In this document: positions 32,105-43,015 of the stretch, one piece after another
Layout of the letters: every line of letters starts with the position of its first letter
Numbering within the stretch: position 1 is the first letter of the stretch
DNA from: Saprolegnia diclina VS20
Taxonomy: Eukaryota
Assembly: GCF_000281045.1 (NCBI RefSeq)
Contig: NW_008246102.1
Location: 1 to 43,015 of the forward strand
Direction of reading: 5' to 3'
DNA length: 43,015 nucleotides
Notes under the pieces: generated by a model
Told to the model about the DNA's origin: nothing
What the model saw: only the letters and a program-made list of their open reading frames with translations
Database searches by the model: none
Translations under genes and position numbers: made by a program

Positions 32105-32529
32105 ATTACTGTGAATTTGCGTGCACGTTGTGAAATGCCGTCCCGACGACCATTTTCGAAGGGTCTCGAAACCACACATTGAGACGAGCTTCAACGTCTG
32201 CGCGTCTGAATCTGAATGAAATTTTTGCTCAGATTTGGTACAGCTCGAGGCGCACCTCTGGAAAATGTCTTCTTCCGGCAATTTCGTCGTTGGTGGCAGC
32301 CGGATGCGTGTGTGTTCTGTCGCAATTTGGTACCATCACTCGCCGCAGCTGCCGTTGACTGGGATCGCAGCTGCCGTTGATGGGCTTCCACAATGAACCA
32401 TCACTCACGCACGACGCGACTAGCCACCTCAAATCACTAACTAAATGCACTTCCAGAGGTGATCAGCCGACTCGCAGATGACACCTTCGTGGCTTTTGCG
32501 CTTGGAGCATCGCCACCCGACGTCAATCC

Positions 32530-32711
32530 ACGCATTTTACACGTAGGAAATCGATGCAGTTGGGAGCGCCATATATTGGCCGGCCCGGTGCTGCAACGAC
32601 GTTGAGATTGCATTTCGTGTTGCCTATTGTCGAGTTGGCTACTGGGCCGACAGTCCTTGCAACTCCACTACTGGCATCGCCAACCCGTGATAAACGCATT
32701 TTACACGTAGG
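32530..32711. repeat. 18-bp direct repeat ACGCATTTTACACGTAGG at 32530 and 32694
   Basis: Read directly from the sequence. Confidence 0.8.
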
Positions 32712-33679
32712 CAATCCAATTCCCTATTCCAAGGTGCTGGTGAAATGGCATCCGGATAAAATACGAAAAACAACTCCACCCACCATTTGTCCCGCAGATC
32801 TGATAGAAGCAGATCTGATTGAAGCATCGAATGAGAACCATCTATGAGTGTTGAGGACGTCGTCTATAATAAAGGAACTGCGCGTTGCTTGGCTTGGGCT
32901 CCCTGGACCTACTATAGCAATGGGTCGACAAGATATGGATATCGGAGGAAGTCGCCATGCTTGCGCGAGCTTGGGTGTCGGTGAGCACCAGCTCCGTTGA
33001 AGGCGCTGGCAAGAGGGCGGTTCAGTTATGAAACGAAGTCATAGCTCCCTTTCACGCACGGGGTGGTTGCGATTCGAGAACAGCCAGTGGCGCGAGCAAA
33101 TAATGGTTGGGGAAATTTCAACTTGTGCGTGGTGTGGACTGCACGCCTGCGACAACCGCGCCAATGACCGACGACACCGCCGCATGGCGTCGCTTGTTGG
33201 TCCGGGAAAACACCTCGTGCACGAGCTCGTCATCGTCGTCGTCATCGAGCAAGAACTCGAGCCTGTGACGGTGCATGCGCGCTAAAACCGAAATGAGGTG
33301 TGCGCGCAAGAGAGCGATGGACAGGTGGAGATGGCAAACTTATTCCATTTTCACGAAAAGATTCACCAATCATAGCCCTCTGAAAAATTAGGAAATTGGA
33401 CGTCGGATGGAGATGCTCTTATGTGGTTTTTTCCATTAGGGGAAGGGCAACTAGCTTATCTCCAGCTAGATATCACATACTTCGGCTGGGAGCGACGCTT
33501 CAGACCAGGCGCCTCTTCTCGCCTACTCAGCTCACGTCAACTTTTGCTTTGCGGAGTAACTCAATACAATGTCTGCTTTCCAGGAGACGACTCTCCCCTC
33601 ACATCGTGCTTGAGTTTACCGCGGGCGTCACCACACATACAGATGATCATACGATGGGTGCTAGCATTAACGATTAGGA

Positions 33680-36600
33680 TTAGGCGGCGCGCGCGAGGTT
33701 GGCGAGCGGCACCATGGTCATGGCCGCAAACGACGCCTAAGATGATAGAAGAATCACATCACACAATGATACTAGATAAAAAAGCCTACGGTCTCCCAAC
33801 TTCTGTCTATAAATTTCCGCGATTGCGCAATCTGCCCTTCGAGACACTTGACGATCTCCTTGGCTTTCGGGCGCGACGCCGGGTCGTGGCGTAAGCACGC
33901 TTCCGTGAGCTGGCGGTACCACTCGTCGCACTTGGCCGAGAGCGTTGGCCGGAGCACGCCGTTGCGCACTTGATCGATGAGCGTCATCTGCCCGAGATGG
34001 ACGTTCCAGTACGGCCGCTGGTACGTCTCAAGCTCCGTGAGAATGACGCCGAACGAGTAGACGTCGGCCGAGAAGTCATAGTGACCGCCATCAAACACCT
34101 CGGGCGCGATCCAGTGCCACGTGCCGACTGCCGATGTCATTGTGTGAATATCATACTGCCGCGAGATGCCGAGGTCGGCGAGCTTGATGTAGTTTGTCGA
34201 GCAGAGAAGTACGTTGTCCGACTTCAAATCCCGGTGCAGCAAGTTCTTTTCGTGGAGATCGCAGATCGCATTTGCAATGACCCATGCAATCTGCAGCGTC
34301 GAAAACTCGAGCGCGACTGGGAGACCGTCGCGCTTGCGGTTGAGGTAGTGTCGAAGGTTGCCGCTGTTCATGTACTCGAGCACCATCTTGGGCTCGTTCG
34401 TGTGGAGGCCGTAGGCCGCGAGGAGCTTGATGATGTACGGCGAGTTGCACCTAGGGTTCGGGGAGGTTAGGGTAATTCCATTTTGAGATGGCGAACCGAA
34501 TGATGTTTTCAATCTCAATCTCCAGTGCCGCAATGCCTTCCTTGTCAAAGACGGTCTTGATGGCAACTTCGGTCGTTTTGTAGCGACCCTTGTACACGAT
34601 TCCTTGGCCGCCGCGACCAATCGGCTGCTCGGACAAGAGTTCGATCTCGTCCAGTTCAATCTAACCCCATGCCCCATGAGCGTCTTCACCCGTAGCTCGT
34701 AGAGCGAACCTTGGGCGCCTCGAGAACGAGAATACTGTGGAGTTTCTGGGCAATTTTACGGTAGCCGTGCTTGATGGCGACTTGCAAGGGCGACTCGCAC
34801 GCCTAACATCGCAAGTTTCCGATGTTTGCGCCGTTTTACGGACTTTTGCGTACCTTGTTCTCGATTGTCACGTCGGCGTGTGCTTCGAGGAGGAGGTCGA
34901 CCATCGGGTCGTCGCCCTTGGAGGCTGCGACAAAGATCGCGGTCCGTCCTTCCTAGTCCAAAGTTGAGTGCCGAGTAAAAGTAGAAAAAATACCTTGTCG
35001 GTTTGGTTGACGTTGGCCCCGCCTGCCAAGAGCATCTCGACGAGCACGCTGTCGCCGTTCATCGTTGCGCGCGCGAGCGGCGTGTAGCCGTGCGCATTGG
35101 CGCCGTTGACATCGGCGCCCGCCACGAGGAGCATGCCCACGACGCCCTTGTGCCCGGCGGTGACTGCTAATAGTAGCGGACTCTGTCCGTCCTACGCCAG
35201 CATGAATATCCCATCGATAGAGTAGGAGGCACACGTACGGTGCCCGGGAGGTTGACGTCTGCGTTGCACGATAGCAGCATGCTCGTAATGGCTTCTTGGC
35301 CGTTGAAAGCGGCCATGCAGAGCGGCGTCATACCGCCCTACACACGCAAAAATGAGTACGCCAAGGAGGATCGAAGTCGATACCGGTGGGCCTTGGTTGA
35401 CATCGGCCTTGGCCTGCAACAGCGTAATGATGGTCGGGAAATGGTCGAGTTCGATGGCGGCGATGAGCGGACTGCGGCCATTCTACCGCGCAGCTTCATT
35501 TCGCGCGTTCTTATTCAAGCGGGTCGCACCTCGTCGCCCTTGTTGACGTCGGCACCCGCGTCACTCAGCGTGCGCGTCATCTTGGCGTTCCGGCTCAGAA
35601 CCGCCGTAAACAGCAAGCTCTCGCCGTTCTAAGATGGACGATTTTTGTCCACATCTGTCTTCTACATCGTCGCTGTACCGTGTTGATCGTATTGGGGCTC
35701 AAGCGCTCGTGGACGATCGTATGAAAGACTTGGTCGAGGTCGCCTTGCCGGACCGCGTCGACGAGCTACGCGTCATAGGCCATCAGTTCGTATCGAGTGG
35801 GAATAAGATCTACCTTGAACGCCATGATGTCTTCGAGGATCGCGCCCACATTGTCGTGGTTCTTCTCTTTGGCGAGCATCAGCGGAGTCCTCCCGGCCTA
35901 AGATTACGTTTCATTATACATCGTCGCACACATAGCAGCGCGGACCCTGGACTTGATGTTGATGTCGGCGTCGGCTTCGAGGAGGAGGGTCACCAAGGAC
36001 GCGTGCCCCTTCTCGGCCGCGATGTGCAGTGGTGTCTGACCTTCCTGCGCCACGAGATATATAAGAACACAGAAGTCGCGAGAGAGCAACGTACATGGTC
36101 GGTTTGGTCGACGTTGGCGTTGGCGCCGAGCAGCAGCGACACCACGGCAGCGTGGCCCTTGACCGCGGCCAAATGCAAAGGCGTCCATCCCGCCTGCCGA
36201 CACCAACGTAGTCGATACGATGGCACGAGTGAGTGATTACCTTGCTCGTGCTGTTGACGTCAGCGTTGGCCTGCAGCAGGAGCGACACGACCGCAGCATA
36301 CCCGTTACAGGCTGCGACGTGCAGCGGTGTCCACGCATCCTGTATGATGCTCAGCTCCCACGATAGCAATATATATATGGACGTACCCCCCTTCGTTGGT
36401 CGACTCGGGCGTGGGCTGCAATGAGCAAGGCGACGACGGCGACGTGGCCCTTCTCCGAAGCCACGTACAAAGGCGTCCATCCTGCCTGCACTCCACATAA
36501 GACAATATTATCCATCATCGGAAACTACACACCTTGTCGTTCTTGTTGACGTCGGCGCGCGCATGAAGGAGCAGCTGGACGACGCTGTCGTGGCCGTTCC

Positions 36601-37409
36601 ACGCTGCAATGTGCAGGGGCGTCTGGCCCACCTGTCGGTGGCGTGAGAATTGAAAGTGAAATTAGAGAGGTGTACGGTATCGATCTCGTTGACGTCGGCG
36701 TGGGCGTCGAGGAGGAGTGAGACAACGCGCAAATGGCCCTTGACTGCCGCCAAATGCAAAGGTGTTCGATCCACCTGCAGCCATAATGGCGGCTTGCATC
36801 GCGGACGATCGCGTGTACCTTGCTAATGCGGTTGATGTCGGCGCGGGCTTGGAGCAATAGCGCGACGACGGCGGCGTGGCCGTTGAAGGACGCACTGTGC
36901 AGCGGTGTCCATCCGTCCTAAGTAGGCGCGGTGACGCCAAGTCGAGTGTAGGATGTCGTACCCGTCGGCCCTTGTTGACGTCGGCGCGGGCCTGCAATAA
37001 GATTGCAACGACCTTATCGTGGCCATTCCAGGCTGCGATCAAGAGCGGCGTCTGGCCCACCTGCTCAAACAATGAGTCGCGTGCATCGCTGTACGTTCGT
37101 ACGCGATCGCTGCGGTTGATGTCGGCGCGCGCCTGCAGAAGCACGGACGCGACTGCGTAGTGGCCCTTGGCTGCCGCGAGGTACAGCGGCGCATGGCCTT
37201 CCTATGACGCACACGCGTCGATCGTGCGGTCGTCGGGCGCGTCGTACCTCGTCAAAGCTGTTGGGGTCGAGGCCGGCGTCGAGCAGCTTGGTCACGTCAT
37301 AGAGGTTACCGTCCTTGGCGGCCTGCGCCAGGCGCACATCCTGCGTCACACGCGCGTTAGCTACGCCGCTACTGCCTCGTCATACCTTCCGGGACCAGAA
37401 CCATGACAT
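33680..37409 (-). CDS. Ankyrin-repeat + tyrosine-kinase-like (TKL) protein kinase, about 22 exons
   Basis: Start MSWFWSRK|DVRLAQAAKDG; thirteen 99-nt ankyrin exons and one 198-nt exon; kinase motifs IGRGGQGIVY, VAIK, HRDLKSDN, DLG, GTWHWIAPE, DVYSFG. The probable last exon is 33736-33680; without that intron the stop is at 33772. Confidence 0.88.
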
Positions 37410-39122
37410 CGTGCTAATGACTGTCGAGCGCGCACGCCGTGTCATCCGGATAATCGCGCGCCGCGTGTCTCTTCCCCTACTTAGTGACATGTGGCGAAAC
37501 TATCACCTAGCGTTAAGGACATTTGGCGATTCAGCAAGTGATATAAAAGGTATGGCGCGCGCAAGCGCCACACATAGCGGCGAGCACGACGACTGGCGGG
37601 CGACAGAGAGGAGACTTGGCGGCGGCCACGGTGTCGACCAATCGACTTGAACTGCAACGCTATCCTGCAGTATAAAAACGACAGCGCCTGTCCGCACCCG
37701 AGTAGCCATTGGCAGCAAGCAAACACGCAGGAACGTCGTCTCCGATGAGCTGCGTGAGCGCGCTTGCACAGGCTCTTCAAGGCGGAATGGCCGATAGTGG
37801 GTCGCGCGACCGGGACTTAGCGTGTCGTACAAAAAACAGGAGCAAGATCGAGGCCACGACGCCCGAAGCAGCGAAATCGGTCGCCGCACGGAATGCAGTG
37901 GTAGCTTGGTCCGGCTCGCGCTGGAAATTCATTGTAAATTCGACACGAAATCGTTGGCGCCGAATTGCAGCCGACGAATCTCAAACTGGAAGCGCCGTCC
38001 AAGAACCGACAAGGGAGCAGTTGATCTAGCACGTCTTGGTCTGTGGGCGGGATACGCGGCAGCGACGCTTTCTATCACCTTTTCGCGAACGTCACTAAAG
38101 CGGGGCGGTCGTATTTTTTTGCGTCCATATACATTCCACCCAACGCGCGAGCAAATAAAATGGAATGTGGGCGGTCGGGGACGGACGACAGACGCTCGCT
38201 TGGCGTCACCGCGCCAGCGTCATTACTGCGTGCTAGCGTCACGGGCCTTGCCTTCAAGTGCGTGTGCGAGCTGCGCCGTCCATTGAAAGGATCCGAGTCG
38301 TATTGGCTTCCTGGTGAAGACGGGTCCTTACGGTACTTGCTGGAGGACAGGCTGACTAGCACCGACGTGTCCACGCACCGACACAACATCGGTGCCGCTT
38401 GCGTGCACTTTAGTAAATGGACTAGAGACCCAAGCGAAACGCTCGAATCTGGTGGTTACACGTGCGCACGACGTCACGTGATACAGAGCATTTGCAGCCG
38501 CACAATGCGACCAGCTTGTGATACAGCAGGTGCAACACTGCGAGGCACGGCCGACGCGCCACGAGATGCCACGTCCAAGCTCGGCGCTAGTTGACAGAGG
38601 TATGGGATAACTTAGCTGGCGATGGCCTTCGCAAGCAGGGACGGCGAAGCACGCCGAAGTCAAGTACGAACGAGCGTTCGGTGCACATCCCCGAGAGAAC
38701 GAATTAAAAGAAAAGCATGGACGACGAATATATATATATTCATGTCACAGAGCTGCACCAGTGCTCGGTCCCTGCAAACGGTCATAGCGTGACCAGCAGC
38801 GGACTCGAACCACCGGATAACTTGGGCGAGAACGACGACCAGAGGTATTTGCTGGCGTGAGCAGGTACACGTTGCCTCTTTCAGCACCTCGAGTCGGTTG
38901 CTATGCATGGCCCCAGAGATCTCTGGTCGCATGAGGCGCGTCACCGTCACGCTTGGTGGTCGTACTAGAGTTAGGTCCATTGAGATAACTTTCTAGTTCG
39001 GCGGATACGGCGGAGGCCCGTCGGGTATCCGGATACTGAATACTCTGTTTCCGCGAATGAGCGTGCCCCAATCGCGCTCGGTTGCTGCATTTCAGCCAAT
39101 CCGGAGGCTGCATTTCTGCGAC

Positions 39123-40444
39123 ATGCCAACCAATAAAGATGCAAGACCGTGGCAGCGACGCGCTTCTGCCCGCCGAGGCAGCGTGGGCTCTCTCGAGGCC
39201 ATCCTCGCTGAAGGCGTCGAGCCTGATGCGGCGCTCCTTGTGGTATAGCCCATCCGCTCTGCGCTCCATGACGACACGTCTGGGATAGGACGGTGCGTCC
39301 GTGCTGCACGTGGCCGTCGCGTCGGGCAACCTCGCAGCCGCACGGCTTCTGCTGGCGGCCGGCGCTGACATCAATCGACCCGACACGGTACAGCGCTTCG
39401 CCATATACCGTGGCTTGTCACGACGCTGCGTAGCGCCAGCATTCGCCTCTCTATCGCGCAGCGTTCCGTGGCGACGAGGCTATGGTACGCCTCCTCCTCC
39501 ATTCCAATGCCAACGTCGACCAGCCCACAAGTGTACCATCGAACCATCAGGACAATGCTCTAGAGAGCGATGACACCTGCATGTAGCTTGACGAGACGCC
39601 GCTCATGGCAGCAGCGCAAGAGGGACACGTGGCGATCGTCGCGCTGCTGCTGTCCAGCCATGCACAGGTCGACGCAACCAACTGTGTACTCGACGGACAC
39701 GTTGTCGATCAATATCACTCATGGCGACGGCGTAGTACGGCGAAACAGCGTTGTACTGGGCGGCCGCGCGGGGTCATGCCGACGTTGCCGCCCTTTTGCT
39801 AAGCGCCAACGCCAGTGCGACCTTGCGCACGCCGGTTCCTTCTGCAGCTGCGAATCCAGCACACACCTCTTCGACTGTAGATGGGCCGGTCCCCGCTCCT
39901 CGTCGCCGTCCAAGGCAAGGCGTTGGACGTTGTCGAGCATGTGCTGCTGCATGGACCGCTCGACAGAGAAGTACATCTCCGAGTCTGCAACCCTTTATTT
40001 GAACCAGCCGCTAGGATGTGCGTGACGCTGCGCTGCTGGCGCTGCGAGATCATTCGGATCCTGTGCTCGTGACGCGCCTCCTGCATGCGACCGTTCGCCC
40101 GGTGCGTCGACGTTGCTGTCTGCTGCGTGGATGTGACCAGAGCGTAGACGCACTGGGAAGCGGTTAAAGCGATTCTGGTGACGCGCACTCAAAGTGACTC
40201 GGTGCGAGGTTGAGAGAAGCGACTCGTGCTGATGACGCTGGCTCGTAGAGCTTTGCAAATGCGCTGTTGACCATGGTACACTCAGTGTACAAGAGCAATA
40301 CAAGCGCGCCTGTAGCCGCCTACGCTCCACCTCTGCGACAAAATGCTGCGTGCGCTGGCCAAGGTACTGACGCGACACGGACGGCTTGGACACTGTGTGA
40401 TGACGTAGGAGGTCGTGGCGGCACGTCGTCGTCCTAGTGCATAG
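39123..40444 (+). CDS. Ankyrin-repeat protein, multi-exon, no kinase seen; 3' exons uncertain
   Basis: Exon 39123-39242, then four 99-nt phase-0 exons (39289-39387, 39434-39532, 39587-39685, 39736-39834), then 39881-39970 and small downstream exons. An upstream CAGCCAAT lies near 39094. Confidence 0.7.
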
Positions 40445-41279
40445 GACGCATCCGCCCAAGGAGCGAGTTCTGTGAGATCAGGTCTCGGCCTTCTTTCGCG
40501 ATGGGACTGGTCGCTACCGACGGCTACGCAAGCGAGACCAAGTATTCCGAGTGTACACATACGAAGATTCGTACCATAGTCGTCCAGAGCGGGCGGTCGG
40601 TTCGCAGCCGAGTACATATAGCCCTTCAGTTTAGTGTTTTTACTTAGTAGAATGCAAACAGCAAAGCGAGAAAGAGCTATTTCGCAGAAATCTCAACTAG
40701 TGAAGTTGTGCAGCGATGGTAGCAGGTGCACGACCAAGGTCGGTGGAGACGGTCTCTCCGACTTGGGAGTTGTACAACCTGCTGGACAAGACCTGTGGTG
40801 AAGGACCCGGTGTTACCTGCCCCGACGCCTGTCCTACCTGGATCCCACACGGCCAACCTGGACATTTCTTCTCTACGGTCCTATCAACTCGCCAGCGATA
40901 TACGCTCACATGGGAATGACTTCACTACCGTCGAAGCTTCGCACATACTCTGCGAGATGCGCCCGCACCGGCATTTCCATACAAAAAACAAGTGGAACGG
41001 CAGAGCCATCGTGAGTCGACTCACGAATCGTGTTAGTGCACTGCTGTCCTACTGGCCAATATACGATCAAATGGGCGTCGGAGTATTGGGGCCGAAAGTC
41101 GCTGATAGCCAATTAGCCACTTTATCGGCACGACGCCGCTCCGCTGGTTCACGTCCCAAGATCTTCACAGACGAAGCCGTGGTCGCTGTGTGGGGTGACA
41201 TAGCCACTCGATGCTGCAAGGCAGCCACGCAACTCGCATGCTTTGAAACCAACGTTGACACCCGCTGCCTCGACGGCAA

Positions 41280-41510
41280 TATGATTAACGCCACAGCGAG
41301 AGACAAGGCGCTGTACGGCGTCCGCCCATCCGGTGCGCTCTCCAAGGGCTCGCTCACCAGCCTCGCTCAAGGCACTGTGTCGTGGGCCAAGGTGGCTGGC
41401 GCACCGACGCTCAGCACGATGGCTGTCGGCGGTGGACGTCTTTGTGGCGTCACCAAGGCCGACAAGACGATGGACGATATCAACTGGAAGACGCTGCCAA
41501 CTGGCGCACG
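41280..41510 (+). pseudogene. Second tectonin-like beta-propeller repeat fragment
   Basis: ALYGVRPSGALSKGSL..SWAKVAGAPTLSTMAVGGGRLCGVTKADKT-MDDINWKTL, lacking 4 codons relative to the copy at 30.3 kb. Confidence 0.45.
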
Positions 41511-41592
41511 TTGCCGTCTGTGGCAGCACCGTGTTTGGCTCAGCGACAAGCTCAGCTCGTATACATCCCAGTACTAACTTGGACAACAAGAC

Positions 41593-43015
41593 CTAGTCTT
41601 TGGCTTCCTTTTTCGGAGCCGCTTTCTTCTCGGACTGCGTCTTCTTCTCCCGGTACCGCCGCAATTCCTCCCTACTTGGCATCAGAAACCCCGCCGCACC
41701 TTCAAAGTCGGAGCACCGCTTCTGACGTCGCATGGCGTCGATGGCGGGGGACGGGAATTTCTCTTCTGCGTCGTCCTTCTCGTCTTCGACGACGTCCGTG
41801 CTGAGATCCGGGACTAGCCATCATAGAGGTCTACTGCTGCCAGGGCAACTGTTGAGAGTACGGTTGGGTGTCGGCGGGTAGAGCTCGGCCGTGAGTTTGA
41901 GCCACATTTTGAGTCGCTTCTCGAGACTGCCATCGTCAAAGTCCTGCGGCCGACTGCCTTTCGGCAAGCCAATGTCTTCGAACGAGTCGGCGCCTACGTT
42001 GCGTGTCATGGCGGTGCTGCTGCTTCAAGTGAGGTACCCACCAGCAGGGACAAAGACGGCTTTGGCCGGATCGATCTCCTTGGTCGTTTTGCCTTCGGTG
42101 TGGAACACGTGGGCGTTCACACACGTTCGAAACTAGATGCACCATTGATTTACTAAAGAAAGGGAAGGACGAACCTGAGCGCCGAGGGCCTTGTCCTTGA
42201 GACTCGTAAATTGCAGCGTCGCACCAAAGGTATGGGCAAGGTACCGCAGCGCCTGTACGATGCCCTTGCGCTTGACCCTATGTTCGCATCATGTATCTCA
42301 ATACCCGAGTACTTTTTCTACCATGTACCCGTCTTCGTCGCGAAACGCGTCAAACTTGGAGCAGACAATGAGCGTCGGGATCGCGAGCGGGGCCACGTCC
42401 TTCTTGTCAGGGTGGGTCGGGCCGTACCGAGCGACGGCGTCCTCCTTGAGCTTCTCGACGGCAGTGGCAGTCGCAGGCGCTTTGGATGCAGCGGCTAGCA
42501 CGTCAGTGGTGACCGACTTGAGCAGCGTGAGCCACTTGACGAGCCAGGGCACTGCGTCGCCCGGCGTCGAGAGGTCGACGACGACCATGAGAACGGCGTT
42601 CGCGACGCGGTCTGGTGACAATGGCACACACAGTAGGTCCTTGACGCGCTTGGTTGCCGCTACATCCAGCGTGAATGCGTGCTCGAGAGAGACAGGCGGA
42701 CGCACCGAGCTCCCAGAAATGCGCGACGGTCTTGCGATTGGAGCCGGGTGCAGCGCGCCTCGCATAGTAGTAGTCGAGCGCGGCCGTGGGCTTGGGCTCG
42801 TCGACTAGCCAAAGCGCTGAGCGTGGCACAAGAGGTTACGGTGTACCTTTGGTTGGGTTGCGAAAGTACATGATGAGCGACGACTTGCCGCTGTTCTTTG
42901 GCCCAACGACGAGCGTGTACGAGTCGTCGCCTTCCTTGTTGCTGCTATCGGACGGCTCGTCGCTGTTGTCCATGGCCGAGAGCACGGCGAAGATGTCCTT
43001 GCCGCTAGTCAGCGC
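41593..43015 (-). CDS. DYNC2LI1: Cytoplasmic dynein 2 light intermediate chain 1 (retrograde IFT); 5' end outside the window; multi-exon
   Basis: LVVGPKNSGKSSLI, PKPTAALDYYYARR..KTVAHFWELG, VVVDLSTP, HPDKKDVAPLAIPTLIVCSKFD, ALRYLAHTFGATLQFTS, FVPAG|ADSFEDIG, AIDAMRRQKREEL; stop TAG at 41593-41595. Confidence 0.92.

Noticed and set aside
34180..34230. Kinase DLG in place of DFG as a sign of a pseudokinase
   Set aside because: DLG occurs in active kinases, and the VAIK lysine and HRD..N motifs are intact.
35946..37201. Roughly 143-146 nt periodic array resembling CRISPR or satellite DNA
   Set aside because: Explained by ankyrin exon plus intron units; the repeats are not identical and the genome is eukaryotic.
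38230..38400. Crinkler-like N-terminal scrap (KGSESYWLPGEDGSLRYLL)
   Set aside because: No LxLFLAK or HVLV motif; the similarity is too weak to support.

Overview
Eukaryotic, GC-rich, gene-dense window with many 40-55 nt GT-AG introns and CCAAT/INR-FPR-type promoter motifs. It is most consistent with an oomycete, probably Saprolegniaceae (inferred, not searched). The left half (1.6-24.2 kb) holds closely packed, apparently intact genes: a long coiled-coil protein, a myristoylated EF-hand/PH/TM/DUF1336 protein, an SPX-RING-GDPD-like-Tudor-like fusion, a Copia-Gag-like protein with six Zn knuckles and no pol or LTRs, a eukaryotic bactofilin, PP2C, ZNF598/Hel2 fused to R3H, DNAJC17 and a 31-repeat Cys-rich membrane protein. 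The right half (24.3-41.6 kb) is a gene-family turnover zone. It contains four F-box-like/LRR paralogues (one intact, one cut by an assembly gap, one frameshifted, one decayed), an ankyrin-TKL kinase and a divergent ankyrin gene built from exact 99-nt phase-0 one-repeat exons, and decayed gene fragments. The window ends inside DYNC2LI1. The best candidates for something undescribed are the putative domesticated Gag, the SPX-RING-pseudo-GDPD phosphate-sensing E3 and the modular ankyrin exon cassettes. All domain calls come from motif recognition by eye; no database searches were run.
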